Positions 27,027 through 35,870 of a DNA stretch of 64,000 bases are shown piece after piece. Source of the stretch: Aequorivita sp. (GTDB lineage: Bacteria > Bacteroidota > Bacteroidia > Flavobacteriales > Flavobacteriaceae); the NCBI GenBank assembly GCA_048270045.1, contig JBLWTS010000003.1:10069-74068 (forward strand). The letters are read 5' to 3'. Below the pieces are notes generated by a model. The model searched no databases and was not told where the DNA came from. It was given only the letters and a program-made list of their open reading frames with translations. Both the position numbers and the translations under genes were made by a program. Every line of letters starts with the position of its first letter. Positions within the stretch are counted from its first letter, which is position 1.

Positions 27027-27087
27027 AAGTTCAATTTCAATTTCAACTTCAATTTCAATTTCAATTTCAACTTCAACTTCAATTTCA
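27027..27087. repeat. TTCAAT/TTCAAC tandem repeat tract
   Basis: Read directly. It creates the false SSSISISTSISISIS N-terminal extension of paaC and the KLKLKL ORF on the - strand. Confidence 0.9.
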
Positions 27088-27840
27088 ATGAATTTACACT
27101 TATACAACTACATCCTAACAATCGCCGACAACTCCCTCATCCTCGGCCAACGAATGGGCGAGCTGTGCGGACATGGGCCTAGCTTGGAAACAGATATCGC
27201 TTGCACAAATATTTCCTTGGATTTATTGGGGCAAGTGCGGAGTTATTATCAGTACGCCGCAAAAATTGCCGGAGATGGCAGAACGGAAGACGATATCGCG
27301 ATGCTTCGAACAGAACGCGAATATGTGAACGTGCTATTGGTAGAACAACCAAATACGGATTTTGCATATACAATGGCGCGTCATTTTTTGTTTGACGTGT
27401 ATCATTTCTTGCTCCTAAAAGAATTGGAAAAAAGCAAGGATCTGACTTTGGACGCAATCGCAACAAAATCCTTAAAAGAAGTAAGTTATCATGAACGATT
27501 TACTTCAGATTGGATAAGGAGACTTGGCGATGGCACTGAAGAAAGTCACAAACGTATGCAAGCCGCTATTGATGAGCTATGGATGTATACGGACGAGTTA
27601 TTTAATCCAACCCCCACTGAAATAGCAATGGCAGAGGAAGGAATTGGAGTTGATATTACAAAATTGAAGCCCAAATACTACGAAACCGTAAGTGAAGTTT
27701 TAGAAGAAGCCACACTAAAAGTTCCAGATTCAAAATACTTCCACAAAGGTGGAAAACAAGGTGTTCATACAGAGCATATGGGCTTCCTTTTGGCGGAATT
27801 GCAATATATGCAGCGGACGTATCCGGGGATGGAATGGTAA
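27088..27840 (+). CDS. paaC: 1,2-phenylacetyl-CoA epoxidase subunit C
   Basis: I prefer the start at ATG 27088 (MNLHLYNYILTIADNSLILGQRMGELCGHGPSLETDIA, a typical PaaC N-terminus). Confidence 0.9.
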   Translation: MNLHLYNYILTIADNSLILGQRMGELCGHGPSLETDIACTNISLDLLGQVRSYYQYAAKIAGDGRTEDDIAMLRTEREYVNVLLVEQPNTDFAYTMARHFLFDVYHFLLLKELEKSKDLTLDAIATKSLKEVSYHERFTSDWIRRLGDGTEESHKRMQAAIDELWMYTDELFNPTPTEIAMAEEGIGVDITKLKPKYYETVSEVLEEATLKVPDSKYFHKGGKQGVHTEHMGFLLAELQYMQRTYPGMEW

Positions 27841-27892
27841 ATAATATTCAATTTTCAATGATCAACTAACAATATTCAATAACAAATATTTT

Positions 27893-28261
27893 ATGGATAG
27901 AAAATTTGATCTAGAGGATAGGCTTATAGATTTTGCAGTATTATGTATTAAACTTTTTAAGAAGATTGAATATAATTACGCGTTGGACCATTTATCAAAG
28001 CAACTAATTCGTTCGTCGACCGGAGCTGCTTTAAATTATGGAGAAGTCCAAGGAGCTGAATCGGCTAAGGATTTTGTTCATAAAATGGGGATAGTACTTA
28101 AAGAGTTGAAAGAGTCTAGGGTTAATTTAAAAATTCAATTAGGAGCCGACCTATTAAAGGACTTAAAGAATGCCGAAATCAGTTTAAAGGAGTGCGAAGA
28201 ATTGATCGCTATTTTCGCTAAAAGTCTTCAAACGGCTAAAACTAAGAACAAAAAACAATAA
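27893..28261 (+). CDS. Four-helix-bundle protein (second copy, same family as 26610..26966)
   Basis: 122 aa. LSKQLIRSSTGAALNYGEVQGAESAKDFVHKMGIVLKELKESR. It is inserted between paaC and paaD. Confidence 0.85.
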   Translation: MDRKFDLEDRLIDFAVLCIKLFKKIEYNYALDHLSKQLIRSSTGAALNYGEVQGAESAKDFVHKMGIVLKELKESRVNLKIQLGADLLKDLKNAEISLKECEELIAIFAKSLQTAKTKNKKQ

Positions 28262-28270
28262 CTTATTTTA

Positions 28271-28386
28271 ACATTGAACATTGAACATTGAATATTGAAC
28301 ATTGAATATTGAACATTGAATATTGAACATTGAATATTGAACATTGAACATTGAAAATTGAACATTGAACATTGAAAATTGAACAT
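28271..28386. repeat. Tandem heptamer repeat (ACATTGA / ATATTGA)
   Basis: Read directly. It runs into the annotated TTG start of paaD and generates the ORF 28263..28526 on the - strand. Confidence 0.95.
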
Positions 28387-28872
28387 TTAAATATCGCCCC
28401 TTCTCTAAAGGATATCCTTTCCTCCGTGCCCGATCCCGAAATTCCCGTAATTTCTTTATTGGATCTTGGTGTCATTCGTGAGGCTTTGGAAATTGATGGA
28501 GTAGTAAAAATAAAAATGACTCCCACCTACTCAGGTTGCCCCGCAACAGATGTGATGTCCGATGATATAAAAGCTGCATTCGCCAATGAAGGTAAAACTG
28601 CTGAGGTCGAACTTATCCTTTCTCCAGCTTGGACCACCGATTGGATTTCGGAAGAAGGTTTAATAAAATTGGAGAAATATGGCATTGCCCGTCCGCTATC
28701 GGAATCCCATGACAAAGACGTTTTGCTGGGAGGTAAAAAATTAGTGAAATGCCCACAATGCGGCAGTACCCAAACTCATTTAGTAAGCCAATTCGGATCC
28801 ACCCCTTGCAAGGCGCTTTTCAAATGCGACGACTGTCACGAGCCCTTTGATTATTTTAAATGCTTGAAATAA
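28372..28872 (+). CDS. paaD: Phenylacetate-CoA oxygenase subunit PaaD (PaaJ-type, Fe-S assembly-like domain plus C-terminal Cys cluster)
   Basis: VPDPEIPVISLLDLGVIR and the C-terminal CPQCGS...CKALFKCDDCHEPFDYFKC. The start codon is uncertain: the TTG at 28372 lies inside the repeat. Confidence 0.85.
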   Translation: MKIEHLNIAPSLKDILSSVPDPEIPVISLLDLGVIREALEIDGVVKIKMTPTYSGCPATDVMSDDIKAAFANEGKTAEVELILSPAWTTDWISEEGLIKLEKYGIARPLSESHDKDVLLGGKKLVKCPQCGSTQTHLVSQFGSTPCKALFKCDDCHEPFDYFKCLK

Positions 28873-28980
28873 ATTCCCGCGGAGGCGGGAATCTCATCTT
28901 CCGCTTTTCGAAATGGTGCTGATTTTTAACCAAATCTTCAAAGAGAGTTTTAAAACGATAAACAAGTAAAATTTTTACGC

Positions 28981-29066
28981 TATAATCGGAAAATATCCGA
29001 TTATGTATTTTAAATAATACAAAAAAGAGTATCTTTGTGAAGGTATAATCGGATTGAATCCGATTA
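28981..29066. promoter_or_regulatory. Two related palindromes, TATAATCGGAAAATATCCGATTAT and TATAATCGGATTGAATCCGATTA; candidate AbiEi operators
   Basis: Read directly at 28981-29004 and 29044-29066, immediately upstream of the AbiEi ATG at 29086. Confidence 0.55.
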
Positions 29067-29085
29067 AGCTAGTTAAAAAACACAA

Positions 29086-29724
29086 ATGACCTTTAGAAGA
29101 ACCATACAGGATTATGTAAATGCACCTTTAACCCATCAGCTTGTTTCCGATGTGTTGGCAGAATACAGGCGTCCGAATGACAAAATCAATGAGTTGGTAC
29201 GGAGCGGGTTTTTAATTTCCTTAAGAAGAGGGCTATACGTTCCTGGGCCAGAGTTAGATTTGCCGCTTCCACATCTTTTTGTGATTGCGAATCACCTGCG
29301 GGGGCCTAGTTATGTTTCCCTTGAAACGGCACTTGCACATTGGGGTATGATTCCTGAACGGGTTTATGAAATCAATTCCATCACTCTAAAAACTTCACAG
29401 GTTTATGACACGCCTATTGGTAGTTTCACCTATCGCCATCTCGATGCGCCTTATTATACTTTTGGTCTTCAGCGTGTTGAGATGGGAGACGATCAGTTTG
29501 CTTTGGTGGCATCTCCAGAAAAAGCCATTTGCGACAAAATAATCACCACGGCAGGGGTTACGTTGCGTAGCCAATCTCAAACCATGGCTTTTTTATTGGA
29601 AGATTTACGTATGGACGAGGAGGTTTTGGCAAGTTTAAGTTTAAACACCATCTCTAGTTGGATAGTAGATGCCCCAAAAGCATCCAGTCTGCAAATGTTG
29701 GTCAATACCCTCCAAAACTTATGA
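29086..29724 (+). CDS. Type IV toxin-antitoxin AbiEi-family antitoxin / transcriptional regulator
   Basis: 212 aa. It shares a 4-bp ATGA overlap with the downstream nucleotidyltransferase gene, which is the classic AbiEi/AbiEii arrangement. Confidence 0.75.
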   Translation: MTFRRTIQDYVNAPLTHQLVSDVLAEYRRPNDKINELVRSGFLISLRRGLYVPGPELDLPLPHLFVIANHLRGPSYVSLETALAHWGMIPERVYEINSITLKTSQVYDTPIGSFTYRHLDAPYYTFGLQRVEMGDDQFALVASPEKAICDKIITTAGVTLRSQSQTMAFLLEDLRMDEEVLASLSLNTISSWIVDAPKASSLQMLVNTLQNL

Positions 29725-30575
29725 TAAAAGAATGGATTGAAACGTACGAGCCAGCGAATGAGGAAGAAGCACTTTCCGCTTTGCGCGAGATTATGCAGGA
29801 AATCGCTCTCGCCGGTTTATCGCGCACCGATTTTTTCAAGAAGGCTGCTTTTTATGGAGGAACGGCTCTAAGGATTTTTTATGGACTGGACCGATATTCG
29901 GAAGATTTGGATTTTTCCCTGCTTTCAGTAGATAAAAAGTTTTCCTTGGATCCGTATTTTCAGGCCATACAGAATGAGTTCAACAGTATGGGGATGAATG
30001 TGAGCCTGCGCACAAAGAGTAAAATTCATAAAACTCCAATCGAGTCGGCATTCCTTAAATCTGAAACTCTTTGGAAGGAATTAGTTTTGGAGGATGTGGT
30101 GGAACAGCTAGGAATACGGTCCAATAAAAATATTAAAATCAAGATTGAAGTGGACCGGATTCCGCCAATGCACTTTCAAACGGAGGAGAAATTGTCACTT
30201 CGACCTTTTTCATTTTATGTGAAATGTTTTGATCTGCCCAGTTTATTCGCAGGGAAAATGCACGCCCTGCTTTTTCGAAAGTGGCAAGACCGCGTAAAAG
30301 GCCGTGATTGGTTTGATATGGAATGGTATATCCGTAAGGGTGTTTCTCTAAACCTAGCCCATTTTCTGCAACGTGCCCAAGATTCTGGCGATTGGCAAGA
30401 ATCTACCATTTCAAAGGAACAATTTCTTGCTTTATTGAGAGATAAAATCCAAAACACTTCAATAGATAAGGTAAAAGCAGATGTTAGACCGTTTGTTCGA
30501 AATATTAATCAGCTAGAAATATGGAGTCCACAGTATTTTCAAGATTTGGTGAGTTTGTTGAAGATGGAAAAATAA
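29721..30575 (+). CDS. AbiEii/AbiGii-family nucleotidyltransferase toxin (DUF1814)
   Basis: I prefer the start at ATG 29721 (MIKEWIETY...). FYGGTALRIFYGLDRYSEDLDFSL is the DUF1814 signature. Confidence 0.85.
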   Translation: MIKEWIETYEPANEEEALSALREIMQEIALAGLSRTDFFKKAAFYGGTALRIFYGLDRYSEDLDFSLLSVDKKFSLDPYFQAIQNEFNSMGMNVSLRTKSKIHKTPIESAFLKSETLWKELVLEDVVEQLGIRSNKNIKIKIEVDRIPPMHFQTEEKLSLRPFSFYVKCFDLPSLFAGKMHALLFRKWQDRVKGRDWFDMEWYIRKGVSLNLAHFLQRAQDSGDWQESTISKEQFLALLRDKIQNTSIDKVKADVRPFVRNINQLEIWSPQYFQDLVSLLKMEK

Positions 30576-30801
30576 TTATGTTGTTCAAAAATGAAACCGC
30601 AATTCGCAATTTACCGAACTTTAAATTTTAAGAAATGTTAGTCTCCTTTATTATTTTAGTCTTAGCTCCCACCACGGCGGGCAGGCTTGGTTCTTGTAGT
30701 CCCGATTTATCGGCACGGTCTTGTCTCTTTCCCCAGAGTATCGATTCTTTCAAAAAACTTCTTCCTTCGCAAATCCCATAGAAACGGTGTACAAGATTTT
30801 G

Positions 30802-30809
30802 TAGTTTTG
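30802..30809 (+). promoter_or_regulatory. TAGTTTTG -7 box
   Basis: TAnnTTTG match 14 nt upstream of the ATG at 30823. Confidence 0.4.
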
Positions 30810-30822
30810 CTCCCAAAAAACT

Positions 30823-31626
30823 ATGGGATTCTATTACGAGTTACTTCATCGGGAAATTAAGTCAGACGGCACCCAAGTGGCGCATTATCGTCCAACTATA
30901 AACACCCAAGGCGCTTGGAATGAAAAGGAACAGCATATGGCGCCGGCCACGGGCGTTATCTGTGCCGAGCTCGAAAAATTCCACCCTAAAGATCATATGC
31001 AGATTGGCCGTATTAGCCTTGATATATGGGGAATGATTTATTTGGATGATTTCAGTATCACCACACGCTGCATCCGTCCCGGAAGAACCATCGAGCTTCT
31101 GGAATCGGTTTTTGAGGCCAAGGGAAGAACTTGTATCGTTGCGAGGATTTGGAGAATGATAACTGAAGACACCTCGGAAATAGCTGGATTGGAAGACACC
31201 TCCATTCCTTCATATAAAACCTTGCCCAATTGGGAAGGAATGTCACTGTGGGATGGTGGATATATTCGTTCGGTTTCAAAAAATATTAAAGTAGTTGAAC
31301 GCCGTCCCGGAAAAGGATGCGTGTGGATTACGAATGATTTGGAAATGATAGGCGGTGAAACAACAAGCTCCTTCGTAAAGTTAATGGGAATGGTAGATAC
31401 CATGAATGGAGTAGTAGTGCGACAGGACAATCCTTTTTCGCATATGTTTCCCAATGTAGATTTGCAGATTCATCTTTATCGACTTCCCGAAGGAAAACAT
31501 TTAGGACTGGACGTGGAGCAACAATATGGAAAGAACGGTATTGGTCTAACCACCGCGGTGCTTCATGATAAAAAAGGTCCATTTGGTCACGCGGAACAAA
31601 TATTGACAATTCGAAAATTCGCTTGA
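30823..31626 (+). CDS. Thioesterase-like (double hotdog, TesB-like) protein; tentative
   Basis: 267-aa ORF in the paa cluster. The assignment rests on size and general resemblance only. Confidence 0.35.
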   Translation: MGFYYELLHREIKSDGTQVAHYRPTINTQGAWNEKEQHMAPATGVICAELEKFHPKDHMQIGRISLDIWGMIYLDDFSITTRCIRPGRTIELLESVFEAKGRTCIVARIWRMITEDTSEIAGLEDTSIPSYKTLPNWEGMSLWDGGYIRSVSKNIKVVERRPGKGCVWITNDLEMIGGETTSSFVKLMGMVDTMNGVVVRQDNPFSHMFPNVDLQIHLYRLPEGKHLGLDVEQQYGKNGIGLTTAVLHDKKGPFGHAEQILTIRKFA

Positions 31627-31793
31627 TTCAGACAGTTTATTGGATTTTCGATAGATACTATCTAAAAGGGAAAGTCTCTTTCCTATCAATTTTGTAACAA
31701 GTTCCCACAACTCTTTCTATTTTTGTAAAAAGGCCTTTGGCAAAACAGTATCTTTCTACCACAAATCTGAAAATCATCATTTAAACAAACTAT

Positions 31794-32573
31794 ATGGCTT
31801 CTATAACCAAGGAAATAAAAGATAAAATCGCGTACCTCACTCTCAATCGTCCTGAAGTTTTCAATAGCTTTAATCGCGAGATGGCGTTGCTGCTTCAAAG
31901 TGAATTAGATGATGCTGAAAAAAGTTCTGAGATTCGAGCCATTGTAATCATGGGAAACGGAAAAGCATTTTGTGCAGGACAGGATTTAAAAGAAGTAACT
32001 TCACCTGAATTAAATCCGGGGTTTAAGAAAATTCTGGAAGAACATTACAACCCAATTATTTCTCGAATTCGAAATATCGAAAAACCAATAATTGCAGCGG
32101 TTAACGGAGTTGCGGCAGGAGCGGGAGCGAACATTGCATTAGCATGCGATGTGGTCGTAGCTTCAGAAAACGCAAGTTTCATCCAAGCATTTAGCAAAAT
32201 TGGTTTGGTTCCAGATAGTGCAGGGACTTTCTTTCTACCAAGATTAATCGGTTTTCAAAAAGCATCTGCCCTTATGATGTTAGGTGATAAAGTTTCTGCT
32301 GAAGCAGCCGAAAAATTAGGAATGGTTTACAAAGTATTTTCTTCAGAAAACTTTATGGAAGAAGTAAATAATATCGCCAGAATCCTTGCTAATATGCCGA
32401 CAAAAGCTCTAGGGCTAACAAAACGTTTATTGAATAATTCAGTGCAAAATTCTTTAGATGAACAGTTAATTTTGGAAAGTAAACTTCAAATTGAATCCGC
32501 TCAAAGTGAAGATTACGCCGAAGGAGTTGATGCCTTTGTGAATAAAAGAAAACCGGAGTTTAAAGGTATATAA
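31794..32573 (+). CDS. paaG: Enoyl-CoA hydratase/isomerase, PaaG-like (1,2-epoxyphenylacetyl-CoA isomerase)
   Basis: LTLNRPEVFNSFNREM...GNGKAFCAGQDLKE parallels the E. coli PaaG N-terminus. Crotonase fold. Confidence 0.8.
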   Translation: MASITKEIKDKIAYLTLNRPEVFNSFNREMALLLQSELDDAEKSSEIRAIVIMGNGKAFCAGQDLKEVTSPELNPGFKKILEEHYNPIISRIRNIEKPIIAAVNGVAAGAGANIALACDVVVASENASFIQAFSKIGLVPDSAGTFFLPRLIGFQKASALMMLGDKVSAEAAEKLGMVYKVFSSENFMEEVNNIARILANMPTKALGLTKRLLNNSVQNSLDEQLILESKLQIESAQSEDYAEGVDAFVNKRKPEFKGI

Positions 32574-32668
32574 TCAGATCCATGCGCCACTTATTGAAAA
32601 CAAAGATTTAATTTCAGTATTTGTAGCATGTATAAAAACTGCCTCTAACTAAAATAAATTATAATAAT

Positions 32669-33853
32669 TTGGAAAATCAGAAATCAAAAATTGTTAACAT
32701 TGGAATTATAGGCGCAGGAACAATGGGCGCGGGAATAGCACAAGTAGCTGCAACAGCGGGGTGCAAAGTAAAAATTTACGATACAAAAACGGACGCTTTG
32801 GAAACTTCTAAAGCCGATTTAGAAAAAATATTGGATCGGTTAATTGAAAAAAATAAAATCGATTCCAAAGAAAAAGAACGAATCCAAAGCAATATAAAAT
32901 ATGTCAATACCTTAAAAGAATTGAAGGATTCTGATTTGACAATTGAAGCGATTGTTGAAAATCTAGACGTTAAAAAAAATGTCTTTTCAACACTTGAAAA
33001 ATTTGTCAAGGAAGATTGTATCCTAGCTTCCAACACATCTTCACTTTCAATAGCATCAATTGCCTCTTCCCTTGAAAATCCAGAACGCTGTATCGGAATT
33101 CACTTTTTCAACCCTGCACCATTGATGAAATTGGTTGAGGTTATTCCTGCAATTCAGACTTCCCAAGAGACATTAAATATTTCCGTTAAAGCCATTAAAG
33201 ATTGGGGGAAAACGGTTGCGGTTGCAAAAGATACTCCTGGATTTATTGTAAATCGCGTTGCACGCCCTTTTTACGGGGAAGCACTTAGAATTTATGAAGA
33301 AGGAATTGCCGATTTTGCAACGATAGATTGGACTATGAAAAACTTTGGAAACTTTAAAATGGGACCATTTGAACTCATGGATTTTATAGGAAATGATGTA
33401 AATTACACCGTCACCGAAACAGTTTTTAAGGAATTCTATTTTGACCCACGCTATAAGCCCTCTTTCACCCAAAAACGATTTGCGGAAGCTGGGTATTTGG
33501 GAAGGAAATCTGGAAGAGGATATTACTCTTATGCTGAAAATGCCGTAAAACCCGAACCCAATTTTAAGGACGGATTAAATGTAGAAGTTCTTATTTTTGA
33601 GAGAATCCTTGTAATGCTTATTAACGAGGCTGCAGATGCATTGTTTCTCAATATAGCGAGTGCAGAAGATATAGATAACGCAATGACCAAAGGGGTAAAT
33701 TACCCCTCGGGTCTATTAAAGTGGGCGGATGATAGAGGTATAGACTGGTGCGTAAACAAAATGGATGAGTTGTATAATATGTATCATGAAGACCGTTATC
33801 GTTGTTCACCCTTACTGCGAAAAATGAAAAATGAAAATATAACGTTCTTTTAA
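32669..33853 (+). CDS. paaH: 3-hydroxyacyl-CoA dehydrogenase (3-hydroxyadipyl-CoA dehydrogenase)
   Basis: 394 aa with a TTG start. Rossmann motif IGIIGAGTMGAGIA, plus the HFFNPAP motif. Confidence 0.85.
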   Translation: MENQKSKIVNIGIIGAGTMGAGIAQVAATAGCKVKIYDTKTDALETSKADLEKILDRLIEKNKIDSKEKERIQSNIKYVNTLKELKDSDLTIEAIVENLDVKKNVFSTLEKFVKEDCILASNTSSLSIASIASSLENPERCIGIHFFNPAPLMKLVEVIPAIQTSQETLNISVKAIKDWGKTVAVAKDTPGFIVNRVARPFYGEALRIYEEGIADFATIDWTMKNFGNFKMGPFELMDFIGNDVNYTVTETVFKEFYFDPRYKPSFTQKRFAEAGYLGRKSGRGYYSYAENAVKPEPNFKDGLNVEVLIFERILVMLINEAADALFLNIASAEDIDNAMTKGVNYPSGLLKWADDRGIDWCVNKMDELYNMYHEDRYRCSPLLRKMKNENITFF

Positions 33854-33854
33854 A

Positions 33855-34259
33855 ATGCTTGAACCAGAAAAAATTCCAGTAAAAATGTTAAGTCTAGATG
33901 CTTTCAGCTCTTGGCTTGGGATTAAAATTTTGGACGTAGAAAAAGGCCGTTGTAAGGTGGCAATGACCGTTCGTAAAGAAATGTTGAATAGTATGAATAA
34001 GGCTCACGGTGGCATAAGTTATAGCCTAGCGGATACAGCCTTCGGGTTTGCAGCAAATACCCACGGAAAGTACGCAGTTTCAATTGAAACATCTATAAAT
34101 CACATTGAAGCACTCAATGAAGGAGATTATTTAACCGCCGAATCGGTTATTGAAAAAGTCGGCAACAAACTAGGGTTTAATATTGTTGAAGTAAAGCGCG
34201 GAGATGATTTGGTTGCGCTTTTTAAAGGAGTGGTTTATAGAACATCAAAACAATGGTAG
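33855..34259 (+). CDS. paaI: Hydroxyphenylacetyl-CoA thioesterase (hotdog)
   Basis: 134 aa. NSMNKAHGGISYSLADTAFGFA is typical of PaaI. Confidence 0.85.
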   Translation: MLEPEKIPVKMLSLDAFSSWLGIKILDVEKGRCKVAMTVRKEMLNSMNKAHGGISYSLADTAFGFAANTHGKYAVSIETSINHIEALNEGDYLTAESVIEKVGNKLGFNIVEVKRGDDLVALFKGVVYRTSKQW

Positions 34260-34473
34260 TAATAATTGAGAATGGTAACAACCAATTTTAAAACTCTTTA
34301 AATTCCTTTTAATCTAGAAGCTGCCATGTCTTCTTTTAGCGGCTTCATAGTATTGATTTTTTAAAAAAAGGTTTCTGAAGTAAGGTATTCTTATATCTTT
34401 TAAAAAACTTAACGTTTTAAAAATACGCTTTTCGATAGTTTTGCCAGAGATGTAAAATCTAGAATTAAAAATA

Positions 34474-35796
34474 ATGCCTATGAAGATATACCCGATAGAC
34501 AGAATTACAAAGCCTTTTAGAAAGATGATGCAGGAAGAGAAATCTGGATCATTAGTGTTGGGCGTCAGTATTCTTGTGGCATTTATTTTGGCCAATTCTC
34601 CCTGGCACGAGCAGTATCATCTTTTCTTTGAACACAAATTTGGTTTTCAATTTGACGGAAATCCTTATTTGGAATACTCAATTTCTGAATGGATAAATGA
34701 TGGGCTGATGGGCATGTTCTTTTTTGTTGTGGGACTTGAACTCAAACGAGAAATTGTTGCAGGAGAACTCTCAGATATTCGAAAGGCAATGTTGCCAATT
34801 GCAGCTGCCGTTGGTGGAATGGTAATTCCAGCATTTATTTATTTTATTTTGAATCCAACCGGAGATGTAAACAGTGGATGGGGAATCCCAATGGCTACGG
34901 ATATAGCTTTAGCACTCGGTGTAGTGTACCTTTTGGGCAATAGGGTTCCCTTGGTCTTTAAAGTGTTTTTGACAGCTTTGGCAATTGTTGATGATATTGG
35001 AGCTGTATTGGTAATTGCATTTTTCTACACTTCCAGTATTTCATTCTTAAATCTTGCGGTAGGTTTTGGATTTCTTCTACTAATGTTTATAGGTAATAGA
35101 ATGGGCGTGAGAAGTCTTTTCTATTATGCCATAATTGGAATTGTTGGGGTCTGGACTGCATTTTTACTTTCGGGCATCCACGCCACAATCGCTGCAGTAT
35201 TGGCCGCATTTATGATTCCTGCGGAAGTGAGAATTAAAGAAAGCATTTATATTGCTAGAATTAAAAAACATTTAATCCGATTTATTCGAACGGATCCTGA
35301 TGACGATATTCCAACATTAACCAATGACCAACTAAAGATATTGGAACAGGTGAATTCAGATACGAGGAAAGCCATGCCACCGTTACAAAGGTTGGAACAC
35401 GCAATGACTCCTTTCGTTAATTTTATTGTCCTACCCGTTTTTGCATTGGCCAATGCTGGAGTTACGGTGTTTGATATTGAAATTGAAAAACTGTTCAATA
35501 CCAATGTGGCAATAGGCGTGGCTCTCGGATTATTAATTGGAAAAGTATCAGGGATCGTAGGTTTTACTTGGTTGGCAGTGAAAATGAAGATTTCATCTTT
35601 CCCAAGAGGAATGAATCTGAGAAATCTTTCGGGATTAGCCCTCTTGGCGTCTATCGGGTTTACAATGTCTTTGTTTATTACACAATTAGCCTTCACAAAC
35701 GAAGATTACAAAACGCAGGCAAAGATCGGCATCTTTGTGGCCTCTATACTGGGAGGTGTGTTAGGCTATTTAATCTTAAGAAAACAGTCTAAATAA
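34474..35796 (+). CDS. nhaA: Na+/H+ antiporter NhaA
   Basis: 440 aa, polytopic. ANSPW, FFFVVGLELKRE and ALAIVDDIGAVLVIAFFYT motifs. Confidence 0.92.
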   Translation: MPMKIYPIDRITKPFRKMMQEEKSGSLVLGVSILVAFILANSPWHEQYHLFFEHKFGFQFDGNPYLEYSISEWINDGLMGMFFFVVGLELKREIVAGELSDIRKAMLPIAAAVGGMVIPAFIYFILNPTGDVNSGWGIPMATDIALALGVVYLLGNRVPLVFKVFLTALAIVDDIGAVLVIAFFYTSSISFLNLAVGFGFLLLMFIGNRMGVRSLFYYAIIGIVGVWTAFLLSGIHATIAAVLAAFMIPAEVRIKESIYIARIKKHLIRFIRTDPDDDIPTLTNDQLKILEQVNSDTRKAMPPLQRLEHAMTPFVNFIVLPVFALANAGVTVFDIEIEKLFNTNVAIGVALGLLIGKVSGIVGFTWLAVKMKISSFPRGMNLRNLSGLALLASIGFTMSLFITQLAFTNEDYKTQAKIGIFVASILGGVLGYLILRKQSK

Positions 35797-35870
35797 TTCC
35801 CAAATTTTCTATTTAACAGATTTCAATTCATAACTTTACCTACTAATCAATCCTTAATTTATTAAAAATT

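Noticed and set aside
27007-27087. N-terminal extension of PaaC (MDRNSMSSSISISTSISISIS...), plus the - strand KLKLKL ORF 26924..27121
   Set aside because: Both are translations of the TTCAAT/TTCAAC repeat tract. The conserved PaaC sequence begins at ATG 27088.
28263-28526. 87-aa - strand ORF (CSIFNVQCSIFNVQ...)
   Set aside because: It is a translation of the heptamer repeat tract and is antisense to the paaD start region.
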